Shown piece by piece: positions 26,542-40,739 of a DNA stretch of 64,000 nucleotides (positions within the stretch are counted from its first letter, which is position 1; the number at the start of each line of letters is the position of its first letter). Below the pieces are notes generated by a model. That model had not been told where the DNA came from. It did no database searches and was given only the letters and a program-made list of their open reading frames with translations. Where the stretch lies: NCBI RefSeq assembly GCF_009914755.1, contig NC_060934.1. One strand, written 5' to 3'. This stretch comes from the human T2T-CHM13v2.0 reference genome, Homo sapiens. Made by a program: the position numbers and the translations under genes.

Positions 26542-27414
26542 GAGTCCAATGAGGTTGCATATGTGAGTGTATGGCAAGCACTGTATTTGTGTGAAATCAT
26601 TCTCTTTGTTTCATTTGTACAGAACTCTTTTCTCAGAAGCAACCCACCTCCTTGGGATACCACATCACAGCTCAAACTAGTAAACCAACATTTCTAACAC
26701 ATCCAGTTTCATAATCAGAGGTCATCTCTCTGCTCAGCCTCACTCATCTCTCACTTATTACTAATCCCTTTAGCTCTAGAGGGCCACAGCTGACACATGT
26801 CTTTAGGTAACAGAAAAGGCGAACGCAAACATAATAAGTTGTCAGCCAGTTCAATCCTGAGCAGTGGGAGGCAACAACAATAATTAGGTTTTGAATAAGT
26901 GTAAAAACGGAGGGTAATGAAGTCTTCCATGTTCCATTTGGTTACCAGGCAGTCAGGGCTACTGTAGCATCTCCCTGTGTGGCCCATTCTTAGTCAGGCT
27001 GACAAATCAGGTGTGGGAGTCATTTCGTTCACCAAATAATGAACAGGCATATTTGGCAATGGATTGGTTCTGTTACTCCCCCGATAGATTCCCCACTCCG
27101 ATTGATCCCCAAAGCTCTAACAGAGGCAGGGCGGAGACTTAAAGTAGACCCTGCCTAAACCCCAATATCTGGAGACCTCATTAGGTGCCAAAGTTGAGGG
27201 GAGAAAGGAGGGTTAGGCTTTGTAGGATTCAAGTGCTGGTAGAGGGCTGGGGCCCAGGGCTCTCCTGCTCCACTGGCTCTCCCACCTTCAAATTTGTCAG
27301 TGAAGACAGTAGCTGTCATGCATTTTTTGCTTTCTGCCAGCAATATGAGGAAAGAGTGAGTACTGACTCCAGCTTTACCCTTCCCCAGCAGATCTTGCCT
27401 TCTCTACTCCTTAT

Positions 27415-27680
27415 AAGAGCAGTGCTCAAGAACATGAGGTACGAATCTAGACAGACGTACGTTCAAATTCTTGCTCTGCCACTAATTATATGACCGTAAA
27501 AAAGTGCTTGCTTCTTTCTCTGTGCCTCAGTTTTCTCATCTGTAAACTGAGGATAGTAATACTTTCTCATAGCGTTATCACGCGATGGCATTTACAAATT
27601 GCTCAGCTTGGGCTTGGCACATGATATTCACAGTGCCTAGGACAGCACCTGGCAATCCGGATGCTCAACACCTATTTAGT
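27415..27680 (+). mobile_element. MIR SINE
   Basis: gttcaaattcttgctctgccact...tctctgtgcctcagttttctcatctgtaaactgagg. Confidence 0.88.
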
Positions 27681-29729
27681 AAACCAAACCAAGAGGCAAA
27701 ACTGCTCCAACTGAGTGCCTGTTGGGAGGATGAACAAACAATGACCACACCAACTTCACATGTTCTCATTTTGAGGACTTTTCAGATGTGTTACTAAATG
27801 TCGAAGCAGCCCCATCCCTGGCCAATCATGGGAATCCTCCAGAGGTGATGATCAGATCCAGGTTTCATTCCATATTTATTGAGGACCTACTACATGCCAG
27901 ACACTTCGGCCTATGGAAAATCTATTCCTCAGACTTGACAGTCTCCTGAAGCAGTGGATGCTGGCTTCTATATTATGCATCCCAAATGCCAAATTTCCAG
28001 ACGCAAGAGAGCAGGCTGCTTTATTTAGACAGCAAACAAAACTTTTGGTTAGAGGTTTTGAAAATAATGCCATTTATTTTTCCTTCCTCCTAGCTATTTT
28101 CCATTCTTATGTAATGTGTGTTCTGCAAAGCTCTAGCCAAGCCAGGAAGCAGAAAGCAGCAGCCAACACACATCTAATGTACTTGGAACCAAGGGGCCAA
28201 GGCTCTATACCAGGTGGCTCTGGACTTGCTGGATGGCTTCGCTCAATCCATTTCCCGCAAAATAAAGAGTGCAGGTGAGTTCAAACCCACCAAATATAGC
28301 GATAAACAGTCTGAGTTTAGGTGGAGGCCTAAGTAAGGGACAGTGCTGATAATTTGGAAAATGGGCTTAATTGGCTGTTTCCTAGGAGAGGGGAAATTTG
28401 AGTCTAGGAGATCTGCTCTCAACTAAGAATCTTTCATTCTGGTCCATTTTCCTGGTTCTCTCCTTCGGCATGTTATTTTCTCTTTGGAGCAAGTGTCTGC
28501 AGGTGGCTTTCTAACCAACGGGATGATAGATCTCTTCTGGGAGAATAAATAGGATACTATTAGAAATCCAACAGCCTTCTTCCCTGACCAGAAGTGCTTC
28601 TACCTACTAGGGAAAGGGAAGGCAGAACAAGCTAGAATTTTTCCACCACTTTTCCTCTACTCCCTTACTCAAGTTCATGTAACATTCAGCATGCCACAGC
28701 TGTCAGATTTAATGCATCCCTTCTAACTGGTAGCACTTTTGCTTTTACTCTCAAGTTTTGCAGACGCATATTGATTCTCATGTTTAATTGAATAATGCAT
28801 TTTAATAATTGTTCTTTTCTGAGCAGGAGCTGTGAAACACCCAGTTCAATAGTTTTTAATTCAGTATAAAGTGTCTCTTGATACTTTTATGAATATTTCA
28901 ATACAAATGAGAGGCTACAACTAGCCTAAATGGCTGAAGAATACACAGTAAGCTTCATCTTTACATAGCACAAACTTGAAAATTAATCACTTCAGCTGAA
29001 GTGAGAAGGAATAAATGGCATTCTTTGATGCTGAGGTGCATTTTGAAACAGAATCACTTTTTTTTCTTTGGTTTGTTTACAAATAAAACAAACCAAAACT
29101 TGTCCTCTAAGAAGAAAAAGTGGAGAAGTGAATATTCTCAGATATGGGTCCTCTAGAAGCACTGGAACTTTCAGGGGTGTCTCCTGCAAACTGATGATAA
29201 AAGTAGAAGAGAACTCCTAATGTCCACCTGTACAACAGGCATCAGGATAAGTAGTGAAAAGAGGAATGAGTAAAATGTTTGCTTAAGAAATAGTCAAACA
29301 AAGGCAGTACAAAGGCTAAATATTACTGTTCTATGCTGCCTCTCTCCCTTAGAGAAAGATGTCTTGGTACCCACTGGCCAACCATCTTTTGAACTACTTA
29401 TTGCCTAAAGGGGTCTATCACATCTCTGGAGGCCCCAGTAGAAAATAAAACATTGTGAAATGGGCTGCAATACCCAACTGCAATTGTCAACCCCTCTTCT
29501 TTTATTTCTCCATTGCCAGTCAGTATCCAGGTAGCATCAGTATTTCTATTTAAGGCTTCTGCTGCCAGACATCTGAACACCCACTTCTCTATAAGCTCTC
29601 AGTATCCTCACATATCCCGCTGTAATACCTTGTCTTCCAGTCCTCCAGTCTCACGCCAATCACACATCATAGTCTAATTCACTACTTAGTGCACAAGAGC
29701 TTGGCTAAACCAATGATAAGTCTGGGAAT

Positions 29730-29910
29730 GAATTGGAAAGATCTAGATTGGAACCTGGAGGCCCTCCACTTTCCAGTTGTGTGAACTTAGACAAATTACC
29801 CCACTTCTTGGAACTCCTGTCTACTCACCTGCAACATTAGCATAATGATGAATAACTCTTCCTGGGTGGCTATGAGAATTAAACAGAATAACATATGTGA
29901 AACCCAGCTA
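29730..29910 (+). mobile_element. MIR SINE
   Basis: ccactttccagttgtgtgaacttagacaaattac...cacctgcaacattagcataatg. Confidence 0.7.
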
Positions 29911-30410
29911 AATACCCGAATGGCTAGCTGCTCATGCATGCCAACGTCATCCAGAAGAATGTCCAAAACAGTCTTTCACTTACGGTGTGAGTTTTATTTT
30001 TCAATCTTTGTGAAGTCTTAAAACTAAAAAGTAGGGCCTTGGGAGTAGTTGCTCTTCTTTATTCTACTCACCACTAGCTCCTTACCAGGCCTTGGACTTC
30101 AACTGAAGCTTTCATGGCCATTTTACATGGCTACTCCCTTACAGATGCTGAAGAGCAGTAACTCTCCTGGAACTTGCCTTAATTTCCTCCCTTCTCTCCA
30201 GGGCTCCTATGTCCCTTTAGTTTTTCTGCTACTCTCTCCTCCAATCCATAGCCCCTCACTTAAGTAGTTAGTGGCTGTGAGGGAAATATTGGGGGTTGGG
30301 GCGTCCTTTAAAATATGGAGGGAAAAACATCTCATGATATGCAGCCATTTTGCACAATTGAGACAAGTCATCTCAGTACATTTCCTGTGTGTTATTAAGC
30401 TAAAGGTCTC

Positions 30411-30950
30411 TGTATTACAGCTCTGTAATTACAGGGCTGTAATAAATACACTGTAATAAATACATTGCTGTAATAAATCCACAGAGTGGTCCCAAAAAAA
30501 ACACACATTTATGGTCATACAGTTCTGTTGATTAGAAGTCCTACATGGGTCTCACTGGACTAAAATTAAGGTATTGGCAGGGATGTATTCCCTTCTAGGG
30601 ACTCTTAGGGAGACCCTGTTTCTCTTCTTCAGTTTTGCGAGGCTCCCCACATTCCATGATCCATGGCCCCTTTACTTTGTCTTCAAAGCCAGCATGTTGC
30701 CTCTCTCAGCCCATTCTTCCATAGTCACATCTGCATCTGACTCCTCTTCTGCTTCCCTCTTCCATTTTTAAGCAGCCTGTGACTTCATCAGGCCCATTTG
30801 GCTAATCTCCTTGCCTTAAAGTCAGCTAGTTAGCAACCTTAATGTCATCTGTAACCTCAATCCCTCTTTGCCATGTAAACTGACATTATTTTGAGGTTTC
30901 ATGGATTCTGACGTGGACATCTTTGTGAGGCCTTTATTGTGACCACCAAA
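30411..30950 (-). mobile_element. MLT1D-type MaLR solo LTR
   Basis: atgggtctcactggactaaaattaaggtattggcaggg...agcaaccttaatgtcatctgtaacctcaatccc...gtggacatctttg. Confidence 0.85.
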
Positions 30951-32179
30951 GTCTCCATTTGTTCTTCTACCTTGGTTGGCATTTCCAAATACCCTCTTTT
31001 TACATCTAATTTCAATAAATTCCGTACTCCATTAAAAGAGATTAATGTATGAGGCCTTAGGAAAAGGGGTAGGGCTTAAACATCTCTACATATACCTGAA
31101 TAACTTACTAGAGTGCCTTATACAAAGAAGTTCAAGAAATGTTAGTCTCCTCCCTTCTCAGTAGAAAAGCAAAATCCTATTTACTACTAGAAATGGGCTT
31201 ACTTTCCTGGTCCAGCATTCACAGTACTCTACCGTCTGCTTCCATCTGCTTATACCCATCATGACTTCCTGGCCTACTCATAGTCCCCAGATGTCATTCA
31301 AGCCAATGAAATCCCTTCAGAATCCATTCTCTGTGTTCGGCGTGGTACTAAATGCAGATGAGGTATATTTAGCCTAGCCTTCTCAAAGGTCTTATATTTG
31401 AGTAGAGCAGTTTTTTTGAACGGAGCCAGTTTGCCATGTTTTTCTACCCAGCACTCTGCAATTCCACTGTTGGCTCCCTGGCATCTCCTCAAGTTATTTC
31501 CTTCTCCTGGTGCATTGATCCATCTTAACTCTTTTGTGAAGCTTACCTGTCAAGAAGCCACCCCTTCCCAGGCTGAAGGGAACTCTCCCCTCTGATAATT
31601 CAGAACATACATTAAGCCACACTCATCACTGGATACAGTTTTTAAACAGCCTTGGGATGTCTCCTGAGTCACTGCATGATTATCTCATTTTTCCCAACCA
31701 AAGTGTAGATTCCCCAAGGGGAGCAACTGTGTCTTTAACCTTTTTGTATTTCTCACAATCAGAGAGTGGGTGTCAAATTGTGGAAGTGGGGTGATGAGTC
31801 TTTGTTTTCAACGAGAACTGCAGAATTGCACTGAAAAAGCAATAAGATCGTTCGCTGGTCACCAGTATGTCTGGTTCTCCTCCTTCTGGGAATATGAGGA
31901 ATTGCATTTCCCAGGCCCCTGGAAATTAGGTGTAACCATGTCATTCATTTTCCAAATGAAATGTGAGCAGAAATGGCATAATCACTTTCCAGAAAGCTTT
32001 GTTAGTGAATAATATACCCTTTTTGTCCCCCTTCCATGGTGACTGCAGCTAGATGTCAAGGTTCCAGGAGCCAGTGTGCTGGAGTGAGGGAGCGGGAGTG
32101 AGCCTCAACTGAACTGGGATGTACACGGAGCAGAAGTGAAAATTAAAACCACATTGCTGTATGGCATTAAGATTCAAGT

Positions 32180-34558
32180 TTTCTTTTAATAGACTTTATT
32201 TTTAGAACAGATTTACAGAAAAATTGAGAAGATAGTACCGAGTTCCCATATACCACTCAGCACACAGTTTCCCCTATTATTAACATCTCACAATAGTGTG
32301 GTACATTTGTTGTAATTACTGAACAAATATTGATACATTATTAACTAAAGTTCATAATTTAGTTATATTTTCTTAGTTTTTACGTAATATCCTTTTTCTG
32401 TTTCATAATCCCAACCAGGATACAACATATTTAGTTGTCAGGCCTCCTTTAGGCTCCTCTTGGCTATAACTATTTCTCAGAGTTTCCTTATTTTTGATGA
32501 CTTCAATAATTTTGAGTATTGGCCAGGTGTACTATTGGATGCCCCTGTATTGAAATTTGTCTGATGTTTTTCTTATGATTATGCTGGAGTTGTATATTTT
32601 AGGGAGGAAGAGAGAAAGTACTATTTTTATTATATCAAGGATATATGTAGCCCACAGGATGTCACTATTGATGCTGACCTTGACCACCAGACTAAAGTAG
32701 TATATTTCAGGTTTCTCCACTGTAACGTTACTCTTCACTAAGCCCCTTTTCCATATTGTACTCTTTGGAAAGAAGTCACTGTGCATAGCCCACATTTACA
32801 GAGTGGGGACTTATGTTCCTTCTCCATAGGGTACACTATCTACACAAATTATTTGGAATTATTCTGCCCTGAGCAATTTGTCTCTTCTCCTCCATTCGTG
32901 TTTTTTTTTTCTTCAACTTATTTTAACTTCTGGGGTACATGTGCAGGATGTGCAGATTTATTACATAGGTAAACCCATGCTGTGGTGGCTTGCTGCACAG
33001 ATCAACCCATCACCTAGGTATTAAGCCCAGCATCCATTAGCTATTCTTCCTGATTCTTTCCCTCCTCCTGCCCCCAGAACAGGCCTCAGTGTGTGTTGTT
33101 CCCCCAACATGTGTCCATGTGTTCTCATTGTTCAGCTCTCACTTATAAAAAGGAACATGTGGTATTTGGTTTTCCATTCCTGCATTAGTTTGCTGAGGAT
33201 AACAGCTTCTAGCTCCAACCACATCCCTGAAAAGGACATGATCTCATTCCCCTTTATGGCTGCATAGTATTCCATGGTGTATATGGAACTTTCTTTATCC
33301 AGTCTATCATTGGTGGGTATTTGGGTTGATTCTATATCTTTGCTATTGTGAATAGTGCTACAGTGAACATACGCATGTATGTATCTTTAAGCAGAATGAT
33401 TTATATTCCTTTTGGTATATACCTTGTAATTGGATTGCTGGGTCAAATGCTATTTCTGCCTCTAGGTCTTTAAGAAATCACCACACTGTCTTCCACAACG
33501 GCTGAACTAATTTACACTCCCCAAAACAGTGTAAAAACGTTCCTTTTTCTCCAACCTCACCAGCATCTGTTATTTCTTGACTTTTTAATAATTGCCATTC
33601 TGACTGGCATGAGATGGTATCTCACTGCGGTTTTGGTTTGCATTTCTCTAATGATCAGTGATGTTGAAATCTTTTTCATGTTTGTGGGCCACATGAATGT
33701 CTTTTTTTGAGTAGTGTCTGTTCATCCTCCATTTGTTAATTTAGTTAACTATGTCAGAATGGACTCATGAATATTTATTATATACTACAGGTTATAATCC
33801 AATATTATTTATTTTGTTGCTCAAATTTATTCTGCTTTGTGAATTGTATGCTCTTTCAGTTGGCTCTTTTGCTCCTTTGACAATTCCCTATTATTTTGTT
33901 TTTCTGAGCACTTTCTCACTTTCTGGAACTATAAGATATTCTAGGATTAGCTTGCATATTTCTTGCCCCAGTCCTAGAGTCATCTATTTCTCCAAAAAGC
34001 CCTAGTTCCTTTTTTTGGAGATTGGTATTAGAAACCAAAATCTGGGTGCTAGTATGTTCTTTGCTATTGGGGTGTCATTGGTTTTAGGTTCTCCCATTGG
34101 ACACAATCAAGAAATGTATGTGTATATACTAATCCATGTATATACATATATCTAAAAAATATTTCTCTGTTCAACTATCTGTATCCATATCAATCTAAAC
34201 ATGAGTTCTTACTAATATAACTGCAATCTATTACCACATGGATCATTCTAGTCTCTGCCCCTTGCTTATTTGTAAATTCCCACTCCAACAGTACAGAACC
34301 TGGCTCCCACCATCTGCCGTTCATTTACTTAATTCTTCAAGTAAATATGTCAAGCAGTATCAGAATTAATAACCCATACTGCCATGGTAAGTAACTATCA
34401 ACTAGAGTACAGTGCTTATGTGCAGTTCCTTTTGCCTTTAGTTTTATAGCCGCCACTAATTTCCAGTTACTTGGTCAGCCAGCCACCCCTTTCACTGAAG
34501 TTGTTTCATATATTTGTAATACACTTAAATCTCTTGTCATAGTCTGCATTCCTTCCAG
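32180..34558 (-). mobile_element. L1MC/L1MD-type 3' region (interrupted by L1PA)
   Basis: aatagactttatttttagaacagatttacagaaaaattgag...caggtttctccactgtaa...agaaaccaaaatctgggtgctag. Confidence 0.8.
32900..33725 (-). mobile_element. L1PA (approximately PA8-PA13) 5'-truncated 3' end
   Basis: ggggtacatgtgcaggatgtgcag...ggctgcatagtattccatggtg...; TSD cctccatt(c/t)gt at 32889-32899 / 33726-33736. Confidence 0.93.
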
Positions 34559-35525
34559 GCATCTTGGAGTTGCTTTTAACCATACTGATACAACATTCTA
34601 ATTCTCCTTTTTATTTGCCAGCTCATGACAGTGGTTATTGTATATATCCATTTTTTAAAAATAGACTTTAGACTTTGGTGAAAATGCATACTTTTCCTGC
34701 CTCACCTGTCACTCTTAGATCACAGGAAAATTCAAATTTACCCTAGGAATGTTCTCTGTGTTCAATATCAAATCTTATTACTCAAAAACATAAAGAAAGA
34801 TATGGACTTTGAGCATTAATATCCACCACATCTAGATCATATGGCCCTTTTAAGGCCTGGGGACAGATACAATCCTGCCCTGATTATTTTTCCTTTGTCC
34901 ACAAACCATTTTCCAAGATCACAGAAGAATTGGGTCTTGACCATATCCCTGAGGTTTGGGGATTAGCAAATTTTAACTCACTGGGGTAGTAAAGAGGTCA
35001 ACAAGAGCCACTGACTGCCACATTGCTAGTCCTCCACTGTGTCTGTATTCTAACCTAGGCTGTTCCTCAGCTGCCAAGCCCTACTTTATGACCATGCTCT
35101 TAGGAAGTACAACTGCATTTTGAATCTTGTTTTTTCAGAAGAGAATCTTAATAGGATTCTGGCTGTGACCTTGGAAAATCCAAAATTTAAGGAGAGGTAG
35201 CTACAGAAAACTGGCTTCTCACATACTCAAGATAGATCCTAATTATATAAAAAATGAGTATGAATGATCACCAAGCTGTAGAGGTCTAGGTTATGCTGAC
35301 AAATTTCAGAAGCAAAACTTCAAGAACATGATGTTGTATCTTGGCCTCAGCTCCTCAGAGCTAAACTTGACTTTCATTGTATGTGGATGCTGCATTCAGA
35401 TATGGTGGTCTTGCCTGCTAGAGCTAATTTGAATGGCACACACATAGGGAAACTTCTGGCCTGATTGTTAAATGGTGGTACAGAATTATGTTTCTAAGTA
35501 GCAGCAAATCCCTTGTCAAAAAATT

Positions 35526-37442
35526 GCTTTAAAACCCCAGGGAGTTGTTAGCACTGAGTAATTAATAATAAGAAAATGTTCGCAGATTAACAGAAATACT
35601 AAGATTGCCTGACACAAAACAGGTAGAAGCACACACACACACAAAGGATTTGCACACTATAAAGAGGTAAGAACTCTTTCTCAAGGCACCTCTTCTTACT
35701 TAGAAGATACACATTTAGGAATATTTTTAAATTATTAGAAATTGTTTTATATTATACTCAGTGCTCATAAACACTCACATTTAGGAAGCTTCAGTAAATA
35801 TAAGCTGGTACTAAAATGGCCTAATTGGATTTGCTACGGTTGTTTTTTTTTTGCTTATTTTTCAAACTTTGATTACTAAAAAATCACCACATGCCTGCAT
35901 CCTCCAGTTAAGGAAACTATTACCCAGATCTCCAACCTGTGAGAGAAGTGTGTGCTCCCAACAGCCACATATTGGGAGGCTTCTAGTCTTACAAGGAGAA
36001 TACCAGTGTGCACATGTCAAAGCACTCAGCTACACTGCAAGCAGGAGACAATACATCAAATACAATTTCGAAAATGTAATGTGTCAATTTAAAACTGCCG
36101 TTCACAGAGTTTTAAAACTGAAAACCAGTTTTCAGAGGAGCGGGTCAGAAGTGGTAAACAAATTCCCACAGCTAAGAAGTTGCCGATGTAAATTGCCTGA
36201 AATGAAAGATTTTTATTCATGAGCACAGAGGGCTCAAAAAAATTAATTTAGGGAATTTTTTTCACCTTCCCTAGAGTGTGCAATTCTTAAATAAATGATC
36301 AATAGCTGACTTGAGCCAAACAGAAGGACTTGTCCAGGATCAGGCAGGTAATTACTTACAGTGATATGCTGAAGAAGTTAGGCAGCCAGGGACACAGTGG
36401 CATTAATCATGGCTTTAAACCATTTCTCCCTTTCTAGTTGCATCATTTGAAAAATCACTGAACAACTTCCTCTACTAGGAAATTCATGGATCAGGGTATA
36501 TGTTTCAGGTGCCTCCATTTTCAGAACCACTCCCAGGGCAGGCAGAAAGAATGACTAACGGGAAGCAATATCATTTTATGCCTTTAAGAGACACTGGAGT
36601 TACTGGTTAGCTGGGAGAGCCTGGGTGAATGGGGGGTTGGGAGAGGTGAATGAGACATGAGCAAATTGGGCCTGAAAATATCTGTTTAGCTCCCTGGTGG
36701 GAACTGAGCATAGAACATTTGCTTCATTTAGTCCTCAGAACAAAATGCCCACAGCTGATGCTAAAACTTTCTGCCTCTACAAGCCTGGCCAAGATGAAAA
36801 GGCTAATGTGGAATAAGGCTGGGACTTCAGCCCTGGAAGTTCCTTTTCCCTAAGTGTGATTAACTTACAGGCCTATGGAAGAAAATGGCAGCGTGGTACC
36901 ACGAAGGAATGCTGACGTGCAGACATTGGCCCCACAAAATCCACTTTTAGAAATCTAGGAATCATTGCTCAAATATGTAAGCATAGCCATAGTTAAAACA
37001 GTAAGCAATCTTATGTCCATCACCAGGGAGACTGCCTAAATAAAAACCAAGTATTTTACAGCCATGAAAAATAAAACGGTAGATGTATGTGTGTTGCATG
37101 GAATAATTTGCAAGATAAATTATTAAGTGAAAAAAAAGCTAGAAAACAGCACATGATATGTAGTTTGTTTCCGTTTGTGGGAAAGATTATGTATTTATAA
37201 ATATTTTATATATAACAATTATATAGACATAATTTCTGAAAATCAACTATTCACTTGGAGAAGTGGGGATGGGAGTCATAAAAATGGGGAGAGAGATTTA
37301 CATTTTCTTTGTGTTCAACTTTTCTTCTTACTGCAAGCATGTATTTGTTAAAAAATTAAAATTCAGTTAATAAAAGGCCCCCCTTTTATAAAAGGAGGGC
37401 TTTAAAACCTCAGGGAGTTGTTAGCACTGAGTAATTAATAAT
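35526..37442. repeat. Dispersed 44-bp direct repeat (35526-35569 and 37399-37442), 43/44 identical
   Basis: gctttaaaacc(c/t)cagggagttgttagcactgagtaattaataat. Confidence 0.95.
36935..37375 (+). mobile_element. L1ME-type 3' end fragment
   Basis: atgtccatcaccagggagactgcctaaataaa...caagataaattattaagtgaaaaaaagc. Confidence 0.7.
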
Positions 37443-37834
37443 GGAAATGTAGCCCTTAGTTCTAATTCCTCCAACATTGATGACCAATGAGAAATTTCTA
37501 AAATGGTCTCAAGGGGTCAGATGTGGGCTTTACTATTTACTAGTCATGTGGCCTTGGGGAAGCCCCTTCTGGACTTTTCTGTCAATGAAGAGGTTGGACC
37601 AGACTTGGGATATGCAAAGGAGATGTTGCATCTGCTGCCTTGGCTAAGGGTGTGGAAGAATAGTGAAGAAGCAGAGGAATTCAGATATCTCTGCTTCAAG
37701 AGTGGATTCAGCCTTTCCTAGTCTACATATATGGAGCATCCATGTAAGTCACAGTCAATACGAGGGTCCTGAGGTTAAAATATACTGAAAAATCTTATAT
37801 CCTGTGGATATCATGAATGCACATCTGACATTGG

Positions 37835-38075
37835 TTACCATTGAGTGCTTATGATGTGTCAAGCACTGAACCAGCAACTTTATATGCAGCCTTTTATGAA
37901 TTCTTAGAATAACTCCGTGAAGTAGGTACTATTATCTTTCCCATTTTACAGTTGAGGAGACATTAACAGCCTTTCTTGCCCTGACCTATATCCCATGGCA
38001 GGAAAGTTTTAAGTGAAGATGGAGAACAAAGTCAAGAGCTTCTGACACTCAAGTCTGTATACTTGATGACTATGA
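37835..38075 (-). mobile_element. MIR SINE
   Basis: gtgaagtaggtactattatctttcccattttacagttgaggagac. Confidence 0.8.
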
Positions 38076-38184
38076 GACAACTGTCTGGCACTGAAGAACA
38101 GAAGGTATGTTCCCATCTACTCAGTCTTGTGTAAGTCATTAGAAGGCTCACTGGCTGATAAGCATGGAAAGGCAGATGCTTGAC

Positions 38185-38990
<806 letters not shown>

Positions 38991-39629
38991 TAAAAGATAT
39001 GGAAGGAAGGTCCCAACACATACCTGGTTTCTGATTCTACCTGGCCCATCCCCAGCTGGAAGCAGTAGATGCCTAAGGCTAATGGCAAAGTCATTCCAAC
39101 GGATACCCTACCAGCACCTGGGCACCCTGAGAAAACTCCCCGGCCTTAGCACTCTAAGACACTTACTTATCAACATGTTTACCACAGTATAAACATTCTG
39201 CTGCAGCTTTGCTTCCTGTTGCCACCTTCAAACCCTCCAAATGGTAAAAATGAGTTACAGATACTGCAGTATAGGAGCTTGACACTTATTTAGCTGTAAG
39301 CTCAGAAATCTGAATAATCGTTCTCAGGGAACAGCTAAAATTGCAGCCTGTTGAGGAGAAGCTTAAAGGAAATAAACTCAGACCCCAAGTACTCCTCAGA
39401 AAATTACTCCTTTTGGGAGAAAAACAATGCATCATACCTTTTAATGAACAGGATATAGTCACTTGGGCCTCATGTTAATTTAGAGCTCATGCTAATCCCA
39501 GCTGAGAAGTCAAAATTTGCATTTATATAGAGGCTGAATACTCTTATCAAAAGGCATCTGTTCTAAAAATTTATTTTTCGATAGGAAATGTATTGAAGTG
39601 CGATGTCATCATTGGGCAAGGATGCCACA

Positions 39630-39835
39630 CAAAGCATGTGCTTCTACATCAGACAGATTCAAGTTTGAGTCTAACCTCTACTTTTTACTAGTTGGGTAAA
39701 TTATCCCATTTCTCTAAGGCACATCTTCCTCATAAAAGGGGATATTTTTTTCACAGGTTGATTGGTAATAATCAAATAATATCCATAAATCCCTTAACAC
39801 AGTGATTCAAATGTTGTAGGCACCAAATTAATGTT
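39630..39835 (+). mobile_element. MIR SINE
   Basis: cagacagattcaagtttgagtctaacctctac...ttaacacagtg...gtaggcacc. Confidence 0.65.
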
Positions 39836-40739
39836 TGCTTCCATCTCTTTCTCTACTTTGTCTTTTCAAACAGAGAGTGAAATTGCTATATTACCATTTA
39901 TTAAAATCCATTCTGGTACCAGAAAGGGCAGCTATCGGATGTCACCTAGACCAACCAAAGCCAACATTCTATTCCTTGGGGACCTCGTAAATTCTCTAGG
40001 CTGTTTATTAAGCAGAGACTACCACGACTTACACTGGGGAGAATAAGCATCAGAAATTAAAAAGCAATGAGATATTGAAAGTCATCCAAGAAGAAAGAAA
40101 GAAGACTAAGGAATCAGAAGTAAAATATGAAATAGAATCATTTATCCATGAGCTTGACCGACCCAGGCATTCAGAAAAATATGCAGTTCAATGTTTCTTT
40201 CTCAGTCCCAGGTCCCCAGTCTTGGGCCATGCACTCTAATCTTTCCTGCCACCACCTCCCTTCTTACATTCTACTTTGTCAGAATATTCTCTCCTGAAGA
40301 AACTTACTTTTAGAAGTAACTAAAACCTCATATATAGTATTAGACACATGTTTGCTAATACTACAGTACTTTCCCCTCCTTAGTTTCAATTGTGCCCCAA
40401 ATGAACCCTGCCAACTTCTAGCTTTCTTCTGGATAAGATGCAAAAATGGCCATGGTTTCTGGGAAAACGGTTCAGGTAATTTAGTGACCATAACTTTTCA
40501 ACCAAACCTTTCTCTTTGGATCAAAACCCAAAGTATGCGTTGAAAGCCTTTGCAAAGCAGAATAAAGGTGTTTGGCTACAAGCAGAGGAGGAGTGAGGTT
40601 GGGTCGATGAAGGGGGAAACAAAACCAGTCCCATCAAGAAGGTTTCTATTGATTCAGAGCCGTGAATTCACCACCACCACCATGTCATTCAACCCTCTGC
40701 AGATCCTCACCTAACACCTTTGTCTACTCCCTTCTGCTC

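Larger units (their letters stand above)
31835..34592 (+). mobile_element. MLT1J-like LTR (31835-32178, short tail ~34560-34592) interrupted by L1
   Basis: ccaaatgaaatgtgagcagaaatgg...; tail ttggagttgcttttaaccatactgatac resumes after the L1. Confidence 0.6.
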
